A DNA stretch of 64,000 nucleotides, from positions 101,122,001 through 101,186,000 of the forward strand of contig OX597815.1 of the NCBI GenBank assembly GCA_951406725.2, in the 5' to 3' direction. How positions within the stretch are numbered: the first letter of the stretch is position 1; every line of letters begins with the position of its first letter. The DNA comes from Octopus vulgaris (lineage: Eukaryota). Position numbers and translations under genes: made by a program. Of this stretch, positions 1 through 11,320 are shown piece by piece. The notes beneath the pieces were generated by a model. The model was not told the DNA's origin, searched no databases, and was given only the letters and a program-made list of their open reading frames with translations.

Positions 1-651
1 AAGACAAGAGAACCATGTCACAAATGACAAGAGAAAAAATTTTCAAAAATAACCTATAAAGGTTTGCAGTTCACAAAAATTCAGAAATTTTCTGCCCCAT
101 AGGGCGAAAATTACTGTTTGTCAAAAGACAACAGTTCAAATCAAAGTACAGAATACAATACAAAAAGCACAGACAAAAACGAACTCACATAACGATTGGG
201 TAGCAAATGAAAATATTGACGCGTAACTGAGGAAAAAACCGAGTCTGCGAGAGATTGCAGCAGCTTGCCTCTACTTGATATATATATAAATTCAAGTGAC
301 ACATAGTTGCTGATTTTGCTACAAGCTAAAAAGCTAGTTCTAAAATCTCTCTAAGAGATGATCACAGTTGTTGTATTAGCATGAAATGTTTGTAGCCATT
401 TCAACATGGCTGTTCTGTTCGAATGGACTTTACTGCAATTTTTTAACCCCAAGAGGCCATCCCCTCTAGCTGGTTAACAATGCACAGCTGCATCCGATAT
501 ATTGCAAGCAAGGGAAAAAGTCCTTACCAACTTCAAGTGATGGGACCAGCATACCAGTTTGGTTTCAAGATATTTCTGCCTTTCTTCAGTACTGGACACT
601 TCATCTGTTAGAGATGGCAGTATATATATATATATAGATATATATATATAT

Positions 652-749
652 TTATGCTTAATGGTCAAGCACTGGACGTGTAATCACAGGGATGTGAGTT
701 CGAGTCTCATGGCGGGCTGCCAACAGATTTTTCTACAAAATATGGATAG
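652..749 (+). pseudogene. tRNA-like repeat copy 1 (5'-truncated by a TA tract; TGT at anticodon position)
   Basis: GCTTAATGGTCAAGC D-arm/A-box, GTGAG-TTCGAGT-CTCAT T-arm/B-box, 3' GCCA, then TTTTT. Near-identical to 936-1039, 290 bp downstream. Confidence 0.6.
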
Positions 750-935
750 GTTATCCTGTTCATGCTATATTATTAGCATTATCCTACGTTTGAGAATAAG
801 ATTATTTCCTTATCTGTATCTTTCAATACATCTCAACATTTCTAAAGCAAAGTTTGTTTGTTGACTTTCAACATACAATAGTGTCTTATAAAGCTAGATT
901 TATATATCCTAAATTTGCAGAAAAATTTGTCGTTG

Positions 936-1013
936 GGTCAGTTTAGCTTAATGGTAAAGCACTGGACACATAATCATAGGGATGTGAGTTCGAGTCTCAT
1001 TGGCTGGCTGCCA
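936..1013 (+). pseudogene. tRNA-like repeat copy 2 (cloverleaf, CAT at anticodon position, encoded CCA)
   Basis: Acceptor GGTCAGTT/GGCTGGCT (several G-U pairs), TAGCTTAATGGTAAAGC D-arm, bulged anticodon stem, GTGAG-TTCGAGT-CTCAT T-arm, GCCA, T5 terminator 5 nt later. Confidence 0.6.
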
Positions 1014-1612
1014 ACAGATTTTTCTTTAAAATATGGATACTTCAACTGTAAAAATAGATGATTGACCCTAACCACACAAGCATGAGAAAATTGCAATAAA
1101 ACCATAAAACAAGAAAATACTAAAATGTGTTAGTGTTTGGCCCATAAGAAATAATATCTTTCAGTGATCTTATGAATTCTGTAATAAATACTAATCAGCA
1201 AATTTGTTTTCCTACCTCCATGCCAATGTAGTTGTGGTTGTTGTTGCTGTTTAGCTTCATGGTAGCCCTATGATCAATGGCATGCTAGTCATAAGTCTTG
1301 TCATTTTTTTAAGATGGTACAGTGTGAATTTTAGGGGAATTTGATGGCTATTTCTAGTAGATCATGTGACTGTGTGAAGGCTTTCTTGTTGGTCTTTTGT
1401 GATTTTTCAACCTAGAAATTATATCTTGCTGTCTTAGGAAGAGGAGGTATGTGTAATTAGAGTGATGTAATCTTGAGAATATAGCTTAAAAAATAGATGC
1501 CCACTTGATGGTCATGGTATGAATGCATTTGATAATAGTCTTGCTCAGTCAGGGTTCACCTGGGGCTAAACAACACCAATACCATAATTTGTATTTCTTT
1601 GTTGTCTTATAG

Positions 1613-1698
1613 ATGGAGTTAAATATTTTCACCGCAAGCTTTCTGGAGATGAATTATGGACGAAATGGTCATCAGGATTTCAGAGAGATGTCAGAAAT
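1613..1698 (+). CDS. Putative internal coding exon of an unidentified host gene
   Basis: Pyrimidine-rich acceptor ...ttctttgttgtcttatAG, donor GTAAGC at 1699, non-repetitive 86 nt. Open in two frames: (D)GVKYFHRKLSGDELWTKWSSGFQRDVRN or MELNIFTASFLEMNYGRNGHQDFREMSE. Confidence 0.6.
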
Positions 1699-2291
1699 GT
1701 AAGCCTTTTCAGCTATTGTTTTGGGGTGTAACATTGATTTTTATTAATTATTTTTTTTGTTATTAAATAGGGTACTGATATGGCTGTATTGTTAAGAATC
1801 TTGCTTTGCATCTGGTGTTGGCTCAATCCCACTGCACAGCACCTTAAGGCAAGAATTTTGTAATATAACTTTGGGTTGACTAAAACTTTGTCAGTAAAAT
1901 TTGATTAATTTTGTCAAGGGAGCTTTTCCTAGTTTTTGTTGGCAAAATTAATCTCTTTTGCTTGATTCAACACCTCAGTATGACCCTTGGGCACCTTCAT
2001 TAAAGTCCATTTTAATGCGAGTGTTTGGACCAATTCTATGTTCTGAGAACAACTTCCTCCTTTAAGTTTAAAATGCTCTCAAAAATGACTGCTACCTTTC
2101 TTTTTTGACTAAACTATAAAAATACACTGCACTTGAAAGACAAAAAAAAAAAAATGTTAGGATTGCCTTAGCTTTTGGTCATAGGTTTGTTCGGTCATGG
2201 CTGACCTGAGCCTAAACAACTTGATATTTCAGTGTCTCTTTCTTTCTTTTTTAACACTCTCCTTGCCATATTTCTGTATTTCTTACAACAG

Positions 2292-2610
2292 TGTCATCTT
2301 CATCATCATCGTCATCATTTAGCATCTGTTTTCCATGCTGGCATGGGTTAGATGGTTTGACCAGGACTGGTAATCTGGAGAGCTGTACCAGGCTCCAGTC
2401 TGATTTAGCTTCGCTTCTACAGCAGGATGCCATTCCTAATGCCAATCACTCCAAGAATCTTGTGGGTGCCTTTTATGTGTCACTGGCACAAGTGTCTTTT
2501 ACATGTCACCAGCACTGGCTATGATGATGATTTCACTTGGCTTGATGTGTCTTCTCAAGCACAGCAAATCGCCAAAGGTCTCAATCTCTTGTCATTGCCT
2601 CTGTGAGTGT
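2292..2610 (-). mobile_element. Truncated RTE 3'-end / RTE-tail-derived repeat
   Basis: Reverse complement matches the 3' UTR end of the RTE at 4139-5076 (ggcatcc..ctgtagaa, cccatgccagcatggaa, (GAT)n tail). Confidence 0.7.
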
Positions 2611-2624
2611 TTCAAGGCATAGAA

Positions 2625-2790
2625 GTGGGTGTGTAGTAAGTAGCTTGCTTACAAACCACATGGTACCGGGTTCAGTTCAGTCCCACTGCGTGGAACCTTG
2701 CGCAAGTGTCTTCTACTATAGCGTTGGGCTGACCAAAGCCTTGTGAGTGGATTTGGTAGATGGAAACTGAAAGAAGTGCGTTGTATATAT
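2625..2790 (+). mobile_element. SINE family A, 5' half
   Basis: gtaagtagcttgcttac...ggttcagtcccactgcgtgg...gatttggtagatggaaactgaaagaag matches the full copy at 60890-61298; runs into (TA)/(TACA)n at 2784-3037. Confidence 0.85.
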
Positions 2791-2814
2791 GTGTGTATAT
2801 ATATATACATACAC

Positions 2815-2864
<50 letters not shown>

Positions 2865-2890
2865 ATACATACCTACATATATATATATAC

Positions 2891-2943
<53 letters not shown>

Positions 2944-2994
2944 CATACATACATATATATATATATACATACATACATACATACATACATATTT

Positions 2995-3042
<48 letters not shown>

Positions 3043-3221
3043 AGAAAATGGAGGAATAGATTTCTTTCAATCATCAATTTCCAGTTAATACCAATTCATA
3101 TAATTTATTAACTAATTATTTAGATTAAATAGGAACATCCAAATCCAAGAGAATAATACAGAATAAAACAGTATACATCAATAAGTAAGATAATACCATA
3201 AGAATAATACATATAAAATGG

Positions 3222-3349
3222 ATCTTACAGCTGTTTCAGCCTGTAGATAAGAGTATCTCATTATACCCATATTAGTCAGATGTATTGAGGTAATATGCAG
3301 TTAAAAATAAGTTACTTATATATATATATCTCAAGGCCTCGTCAGAGAT
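3222..3349 (-). ncRNA. Type I hammerhead ribozyme motif with ~90 nt stem-II insert
   Basis: Minus strand: atct-CTGACGA-ggcct...aggct-GAAA-cagctg-TA-agat. Intact core, 4 bp stem I, 5 bp stem II base, palindromic stem III (ACAGCTGT), GUA cleavage triplet. Confidence 0.7.
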
Positions 3350-3735
3350 TATAAAGTACAATTATGAAGATATAAAATGCAAATATGAATATTAAAGAAG
3401 GTACACATATACAAGAATATGCATATATACATATACACATAAGTGTATATACACCAACATATACATATATATAAGTATATACATAATAATATACATACAC
3501 ATAAGGTTACAGTTAATCAGATCTATATACTGGAATATACATATATATATATATATATCCACATCAAAATGTACATATACAAAGTCCAAAGTTCATTGTA
3601 TTACATTACTAAAAACTATTAATATCATTATTATTATTAATAATTCCGATAAAGGAATATGTGCATTCTGCTATTCACAATACATAGTAGATGGAAAATA
3701 CCACATAAAATATAGTATAATATAATACAGTGTAA

Positions 3736-3995
3736 GGGTAAAGACCCCCTTCGGTCATGAATGACCATGGGATTGCACCTAGAAAGTTACCCTCCTAGAC
3801 ACAAGTCCGGGCAAGGTTGTTTATGGAAGGCCAGCAGTCGCCCATGCATACCAGCCTCCCCTCTCCACGCCACCAGTGTTATCCAAGGGAAAGACAAAGG
3901 TCGATACAGCTTGGCACCTGTGACGTCACAACTCATTTCTACAGCTGAGTGAACTGGAGCAACGTGAAATAAAGTACCTTGCTCAAGAACACAAG
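3736..3995 (-). mobile_element. SINE family B, 5'-truncated, with 12 bp TSD
   Basis: Reverse complement of 60195-60447. Flanked by direct repeat AATACAGTGTAA at 3724-3735 and 3996-4007. Confidence 0.9.
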
Positions 3996-4138
3996 AATAC
4001 AGTGTAACACAACATAATAAAATATAATATATTATATTACATATTAAATATGCAATATATAATATAGTATAACCTAATATATAGACAGATGCATATGGGA
4101 GATGCCAGTAAATTAATTAATTCAATATAATAAAATAG

Positions 4139-5076
4139 TTGTACCTAAGAAGCATCAGTTGTGGTGTGCAAGAAAGACGATTGCGCTGGTATGGTCATGT
4201 GGCGAGAATGGATGAAGATAGGTGTGTGAGAAAGTGCCAATCCCTAGCAGTTGAGGGAACCCGTGGAAGAGGTAGACGCAGGAAAACCTGGGATGAGGTG
4301 GTGAAGCACGACCTTCGAACTTTAGGCCTCACTGAGGAAATGACCAGCGACCGAGACCTTTGGAAATATGCTGTACGTGAGAAGACCAGGCAGGACAAGT
4401 GAGCCCAGCCCACTTATGAATGCCTTTCCTCCCTTGGACACAAAGACCTGTTGAGGCAAGCGAAGTCGATATAGAACCTCATCCGACGACAGGCACCCAT
4501 GCCAACCCCCTTTGCTTGCGAAGACATGTTGGGGCAAGCGAAAGTGAAATCGAAATCGAATTGAACCAGCCAGGATCCCTGGTCTGGTGGTACGTAAAAA
4601 GCACTATCCGACTCGTGGCCGATGCCAGCGCCACCTCCACTGGCTTCCGTGCCGGTGGCACGTAAAATACACCAATCCGACCGTACGACAGGCGAAGACA
4701 TGTTGGGGCAAGCGAAATCGAAATCGAATTGAACCAGCCAGGATCCCTGGTCTGGTGGTATGTAAAAAGCACTATCCGACTCGTGGCCGATGCCAGCGCC
4801 GCCTCGACTGGCTTCCGTGCCGGTGGCACATAAAATACACCAATCCGACTGTGGCCGTTGCCAGCCTCGCCTGGCACCTGTGCAGGTGGCACGTAAAAAG
4901 CACCCACTACACTCACGGAGTGGTTGGCGTTAGGAAGGGCATCCAGCTGTAGAAACATTGCCAGATAAGACTGGAGCCTGGTGCAGCCTTCTGGCTTCCC
5001 AGATCCCCGGTCGAACCGTCCAACCCATGCTAGCATGGAGAACGGACGTTAAACGATGATGATGATGATGATGATG
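4139..5076 (+). mobile_element. RTE-clade LINE, 3' end (ORF C-terminus, 3' UTR, (GAT)n tail)
   Basis: ORF 4139-4402 RRLRWYGHVARM...RGRGRRRKTW...DRDLW is the typical RTE C-terminus; ends cggacgttaaac(GAT)n. Confidence 0.9.
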
Positions 5077-6027
5077 AATGCAAAACAATATACAATGTCA
5101 TTATATTCATATATCATACAGCGAAAATCGAAACTTTAGTCTAAATCTACATACATATATATACACACAGGTACCTAATACATGCACATGCATACATGCG
5201 CGAAAGCATCCATTAATACATATACATATATAAAGGGATATTATCCTTTTACATCATACAAAAATTATATATGCATGTACATACATATAGTTCGCAGATC
5301 AATAGGTGAGTGATAGGTCTTAACGGGCTGATAGATTATTTACGATCTCAAGCTCAATTCAATTGGTTGGTACATTTGAATTTCATTGTCTTAGTTACGG
5401 TTGGTTGGTTAAAATACACATATGCGCACATACACACGTACACATAGATAAACATAAGCATATAAATACATACTTATATACATACATACATATACATACA
5501 TACATATATACACATACCTATAAACACCCACTTACACATATATGTATATATATATATACATACACATACATACTAATAACTAAAAAAATAGTATTATAAA
5601 CCATTAAATTGAAAACTATTCTAATTCTTAATATGTAGAAAAAGGCCTGAAAGGGTAATTCCTAATGTATAAAAAAAAAAAATGGCCTAAAAGGGTAAAA
5701 AACATTAGGATTAATATTTGGCAAAGGTTGGAAAGTATTCAGACAAAGCTTTCGAAAGAAATAGAAACTAAGCAAACTCATTTGACAACATTTAAGGTAT
5801 AGAAAAAAGAAGTGATTTATGGAAGATACAGAAATCAAAATTCACCGTGTAAATAAACCGTTAAAGTAATGCAAATCCAAACATTCAGCTTGATCTCTCC
5901 ATTTAAACTCGTTGTAAAAGTTAAGTTGTATAAAATACCGTAATAAAAACAATATATTAAGTATCTGACCAAATAACAAAATGTATAAAAATGAATGATC
6001 AATATATAATATAATAAGTAAAAAAAA

Positions 6028-6127
6028 AACTATGTACGTTTCATGGCTACAATTGAATTTGAATTACAATTAAGTTTAAATTCAATTGAAATAAATTTGA
6101 TTTAAAATTATAGTCAATCTTCAGGTT
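6028..6127 (-). ncRNA. Degenerate hammerhead motif with long stem-II insert
   Basis: Minus strand: aac-CTGAAGA-ttgactata...tgtagccat-GAAA-cgtaca-TA-gtt. Core intact; stems II and III carry mismatches. Confidence 0.45.
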
Positions 6128-7556
6128 AATGATAAATAGTTAAATAAATAAGCAAATAGAGTTAAACAATATTTATTTAAGAAATAAATTAAATAATAAT
6201 TTTTCTTATAGAAAAAAACTCCATTAACTAAATTAGAAACTTAAAACATTAGGATTATTTCCTACAACACATTTATTATGTTAAATATTTAATTTTTAAG
6301 ATAAAAAAATAGATAGAAATATGTATTTATCTTTGAAGATATAATTTGGCTTTAAAAAAACATAAACTATCGAATATCTTTAACTCAGTTATACTCCAAT
6401 ATTTAATTACCAAATTATTTAACAAAATAATCGCTATTAATATTTTTAGATCTAAGTTCACCTCTAATAATTATAAAATAATAAATACATAAAAATAAGT
6501 ATCTAAATTATAATCAACAAATATAGTAATTAAAAATCTAAAATTTCCTCTATCAATAAATATCATCATCATCATCATCGTTATAACCAAAAATAAATAA
6601 ATTAGTCCATTATTACTTACATAAATATTATAAATATCTATAGAATATATTTATGAAATACAATTTAAAAATTAAAAATCAAATTAAAAATGTATAATCT
6701 ATCTTTAAAAAATCATTTGACTATTTTATGATCTATATACCACAGTGACTAACCGATATCTTAAAATTTACTTACAGTTATAATAATTATATACTAATAA
6801 TAATTAAATAAATATACATAATAGATTCAAATTTAACAATCAATAGTTATATAGAATACAATAAAATTTCTTAAATAAAAAAGTTTACATAACTCTCGAA
6901 AACTGTGTCATTAACTAAAATTTCAAAACAGAAAAGAAAATTTGTGGAATTACGTTATTAACAGAAATAGAACAAACAGATAGAAAAATTCTTTTAACAA
7001 TGAAAACTACGAATATATTTTATCAATGAAAACTATGAATATATTTTATCAATGAAAACTACGACTATATTTTAGCTTTAATAGATAAAGAGAACAAAGT
7101 CACTAATAGAGAATATAATCACTATGCACAATAATATCTTTCACTATAAAACTAAAATTTATAATTAACTACAATAAATTATACTCAAAACTCTATAAAT
7201 TAAAATAATTTATATAACTACCATTTACTGTATATTCTGTAATAATCTTTTACAAATTAATTTATTTCATATATATAAAAAATATGGTTACGTTGGAGTC
7301 AAACCTTTATTTAAATAAAATAACTTTTAGACACAGTCAATATTAATTCAGTAGTAATTCAATCAGTATCTATATTATGATCACTAATTAATAAACTAAA
7401 TTAATTTAAAAACTATAATGTAATTAAAATTCATTAATATAATATTAATTAAATAAACATCTAAATAAATTTTGTTTTTGGATTTGGTTTGCAAGATTCT
7501 TTATATGAGTATTATTATTACTAGTCCATAGTTATATGAGTATTATTATTACTAGT

Positions 7557-8255
7557 TCATAAGTTTAGGTAGTTTAATTTATTAATATATTTATCAAAAA
7601 TTAATTTACTCAAATTACCAAGGTTTGATTTACATGGACAAATTAATCTAACTTTATGGTCTTTCAAAGTAATTCTAGGGTGCATAGGTACATAAGGTTC
7701 GGTTTTATTATCCAACTTATAATTCATCATTACTAATTTAGAGGCCTTGTTTATAGTATGAAGTGTACTTTCTGTAACAATTTTATACTTTTTAATTATC
7801 TCTTTCTCTAAAAGGTTATCATATAATTTAACATCCAGTTTATATAGATTCCTAGTTTTATCTGATTGTACAATAATACCATCCATATTTCTCATTTCTT
7901 TAATTCTAATAGCTAAATTTCTTAAATATTCATTATGTCTGTTTGGGTATTTATGAAATTTAATATTTTTCACCACCTTCCAAATATTATCTTCTAAGAC
8001 CTGTAAGTCTCTATTATATGGGGGTTCATTTTTAGATTTAAATTTAGAATTAAAATCATATGTATTCATAATATCGTTAAAATTAGATATATTACAGTTA
8101 TAACAGTAGGCTTTCCATTTAACCCAAGAAACAAAATCCTTAATATTATTAATAAGTTTCAAAATAAATTCTTTCCTAGGGGGTATTGGAATATCCTTCA
8201 AAGATGAATTCCAAAATAGTAGTTCTATCTTACCTGTAATTTTCATAACATACAA
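7557..8255 (-). mobile_element. Penelope-like element, Naiad-type N-terminal/RT-start fragment
   Basis: SLKDIPIPP..., VKWKAY, FKSKNEPP, IIVQSDKTRNLY, ITLKDHK-VRLICPCKSNLG; the DKT and LKDHK..RLI variants of the PLE DKG and PKIHK..RPI motifs. Confidence 0.7.
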
Positions 8256-8339
8256 AATTGAGATTTAAATACACTCAATAAACGTAAGCTATCAATATAA
8301 TAATAATTATAATAATAATATCTATATATATATATATAT

Positions 8340-8560
8340 GTGTGTGTGTGTATATGTTTGTGTGTCTGTGTTTGCCCCCCCAACATTGCTTGACAACCAA
8401 TGCTGGTATGTTTATGTCCCCATAACTTAGTGGTTCGGCAAAAGAGACCAATAGAATAAGTACTAGGCTTACAAATAATAAGTCCTGGGTTTGATTTGCT
8501 TGACTAAAGGCAGTGCTCCAGCATGGCCACAGTCAAATGACTGAAACAAGTAAAAGAGTA
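8340..8560 (+). mobile_element. SINE family A, 3' half
   Basis: cattgcttgacaacc...gtgctccagcatggccacagtcaaatgactgaaacaagtaaaagag. Confidence 0.85.
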
Positions 8561-8617
8561 TTCAAGAATTTGGAAATTTAATAAAATAACTAAAATTTCC
8601 ATCTATCCATCTTCATT

Positions 8618-8649
<32 letters not shown>

Positions 8650-9117
8650 ATAATGCCTGTGTTCCATGCTAGCATGTGTTTATTTCATATATTTTGTATT
8701 CTGAGCTCAAATCCCACTGCTCCTTTTGAGTGTTACACTTAATCCATTACCCACCTACTTCTTGATTACCTTTAGCAGAACTCATCCTGTTGCAAGCTTT
8801 CAGGCTTGGTCTCTGTGTTTGAGGATATTTTCTTTACACCCTCCTACCAATCTTAGAAGCACTGCCCTTCCTCCTGAGTAAGAGATGAAAAAAAAATGTG
8901 TGTTTCATTAAAATTATTGTAATTAAAGGATTAACCCTTTAATAAACCAACCACAATTTTCACCTGATTTGTGTTCAAACTGCCAGGTCTGGCCTCTCAC
9001 ACCTACCTCAAAATGTCATTCTAAAAAAGAATCACATCATTGAAATCTTGAAGCTACAAGATAATGCAGAACTAATTCAAAACAATGCAAATAAATAAGT
9101 ATTATATTTGACAGTAA

Positions 9118-9420
9118 TCATCATCATCATTTAATGACTGTTGTCCATGCTGGCATGAGTTGGACAGTTTGACCAGGGCTGGTAAGCTGAGGGGCTGCAT
9201 CAGACTCCAGTCTGATTTGACATGGTTTTTACGGCTGGATGCCCTTCCTAATGCCAACCACTGAAAGAGTGTAATGGGTGTTTTTATGTGCCACCAGCAC
9301 TGGTGCTATTTATGTGACACCAGCATTGGTCACATTACTTCCATGAGGCCCAGTGCTTGAATGGTGCTTTTTACATGCCTGTTATGTGACACTGGTATCG
9401 GCTACATTGCCTCTATGAGG
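9118..9420 (-). mobile_element. Truncated RTE 3'-end-derived repeat
   Basis: (CAT)n followed by ccatgctggcatg...ggatgcccttcctaatgccaacca, the reverse complement of the RTE 3' terminus. Confidence 0.75.
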
Positions 9421-10039
9421 CCCATTTGCCTGTCCAAATCATATGTTCTGAGTAATATAAAACTTGCTTTTTGTAAGTTCCAAGTCAGTCTGGTGATTGA
9501 AAAACATTGGGAGTGTGTATCATATATGGTGCATGGGTACCCAGAGAAATATACCCTGTGTATCACATGTGGATTAATGTGTGATATTAGGATAGGCAGA
9601 GGGTTAATGCAGTTGGTTTTGGGTGGATTGCTATTGAAAGAGTTAATATCTTCTTTTTGGATGACTTCATCTCTTTGAAGTATAGACTTCTCTTTACCCT
9701 TTATTCTTCATGAATCTTTTAAGATCTTTGATTCTCATTTTTCTGAGAAATATTTTGTTAGTCTATTTTCCATCTGTAATTACTTGCTCTTGGTTAAGTT
9801 TCTTTCTTAATCCTTGGTTTTTTTTTATCTCTTAGGCAAATTATCTCTTAATCATTTGCTCTATTTTGTAGAGACCTTCACTTATTTTTTAGTTTTTAAA
9901 AGAGATGATTTGTGTTAATTAAGTTTATATAGAGATTTTAAGATATTTGTCTAATTTCATATTTGCTCTCTCGCCCCTTTTTCTTTCTCCCTCTCTATTG
10001 ATATAATCCATTTTTGTAGTTCATACTCAGGTGGGGAAT

Positions 10040-10265
10040 TTAAATTTCTGTTTAAATTTACATTTAAAGTCTTTTCTATTTTAAATTTAAAAGTAAAATA
10101 CCGTTTTATTTTAAATTAAAAGGAAAATCTTATTCTATTTTCAATTAAAATGTAAATACCTTTTCTGTTTTGAATTTAAAATCTTGCTCTAGCATTTTCT
10201 ATTTTGAATTGTAAAGTAAAAAACCTTGTTTGATTTTAAATTTAAAATCCTTTTGTTTTTAAATT
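10040..10265. repeat. Degenerate ~30 bp AT-rich minisatellite just upstream of the acceptor site
   Basis: About 6-7 imperfect copies of ttttctattttaaatttaaaagtaaaatacc. Confidence 0.6.
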
Positions 10266-10303
10266 AATCTCATCTTTATTTTCTATCTTCTTTCCAATAT
10301 CAG

Positions 10304-10399
10304 CTTTTCATCACACGCCCAAATCGCTCCATGGCTTTTCACAGAGGGGAAAGCTCTCCAAAGAAAATGAAATTCCGTGAAGAAAATTTAGACAAATAA
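10304..10399 (+). CDS. Putative terminal coding exon of the same unidentified gene
   Basis: Long polypyrimidine tract and CAG acceptor at 10301-10303. In phase with exon 1613-1698 in both frames: LFITRPNRSMAFHRGESSPKKMKFREENLDK* (TAA 10397-10399) or IFSSHAQIAPWLFTEGKALQRK* (TGA 10368-10370). Confidence 0.5.
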   Translation, partial: LFITRPNRSMAFHRGESSPKKMKFREENLDK

Positions 10400-10435
10400 A
10401 ACTTTCTATTTTGTATATTTTACTTGTTTTGTGTT
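10395..10435 (+). terminator. Candidate polyadenylation signal
   Basis: AATAAA at 10395-10400 followed by a T/GT-rich downstream element. Confidence 0.35.
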
Positions 10436-10883
10436 AAATTTTCTTGTCAGTAGAACTGGAATTTTTACTTGTCATTCAGTAGATTGAGTTCAGCGTGTAA
10501 TGAAAAATGTGGGTGTATGGTTAAGAAAATTTTTGTCGTCTAAGGTTTGGTCCCACTGTGCAGCACCTTGGGCAAGTGTCTTTTACTATAGCCCTGATTG
10601 ACCAAAACCATGTAAGTGAGTTTTGGTTGATGGTGTTGTGTGTGTGTGTATATATATATATATGTATGTATATATGTGTGTATATATGTGTGTGTGTGAG
10701 TGTGTGTCCTTGTCTTGACATCGTTGTTCAGTGTTGTTCATTTCCAGTCTTCCATGGAAACCATGTCTGGTGACATGTGGAAATATTACTTGGCTTGGAA
10801 ATAGGTGAGAGTTGGTGACAGAAAAGGCATTGAAGTGCCAATGATAGTTAAACAATACTAATGGAGGTGAATTCCAAAACAAA

Positions 10884-11320
10884 TCATCATCATCATCATC
10901 ATTTAACGTCCGTTTTCCATGCTAGCATGGGTTGGACGGTTTTGACTGAGGGCTGGCGACCAGATGGCTGCACCAGGCTCCAGTCTTGATCTGGCAGAGT
11001 TTCTACAGCTGTATGCCCTTCCTAACGCCAACCACTCCGAGAGTGTAGTGGGTGCTTTTTACATGCCACCTGCACGGGGTCCAGTCAGGCGGTACTGGCA
11101 ATGACCTCGCTTGAATCTTTTTACATGTGCCCCCCGGCACAGGTGCCAGTGAAGCGACGTTGGTAACAATCACGCTCGGATGGTGTTCTTGGCACCCTAC
11201 TAGCACAGGCATAAGTGCCAGTAAGGCGACACTGGTAATGATCATACTTGAAAAGCCGCTCTGTCAACGATCACACTCGTATGGTACTCTTTGCACCCCG
11301 CTAGCACGGATGCCAGTCAT
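10884..11320 (-). mobile_element. RTE 3' UTR fragment
   Basis: (CAT)n-ttaacgtccgttttccatgctagcatgggttggacgg...cctaacgccaaccactcc, the reverse complement of 4890-5076. Confidence 0.85.

Noticed and set aside
1-620. Unassigned sequence ending ...catctgttagagatggcag before a TA tract
   Set aside because: May be a transposon terminus, but the other end is outside the window and no coding motif was recognised.
2649-3111. Many overlapping ORFs rich in YI/HT/CV/MYVC (also ~22400, 32300, 34750, 51050, 52650, 54120, 59900)
   Set aside because: Translations of (TA)n, (CA)n and (TACA)n microsatellites, which lack stops in several frames.
3761-3952. 63 aa ORF repeated almost identically at 60234-60425
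   Set aside because: Antisense reading of SINE family B; the identity reflects repeat copies, not a gene family.
4479-5036. 185 aa ORF with an internal repeat
   Set aside because: Antisense of the RTE 3' UTR tandem duplication.
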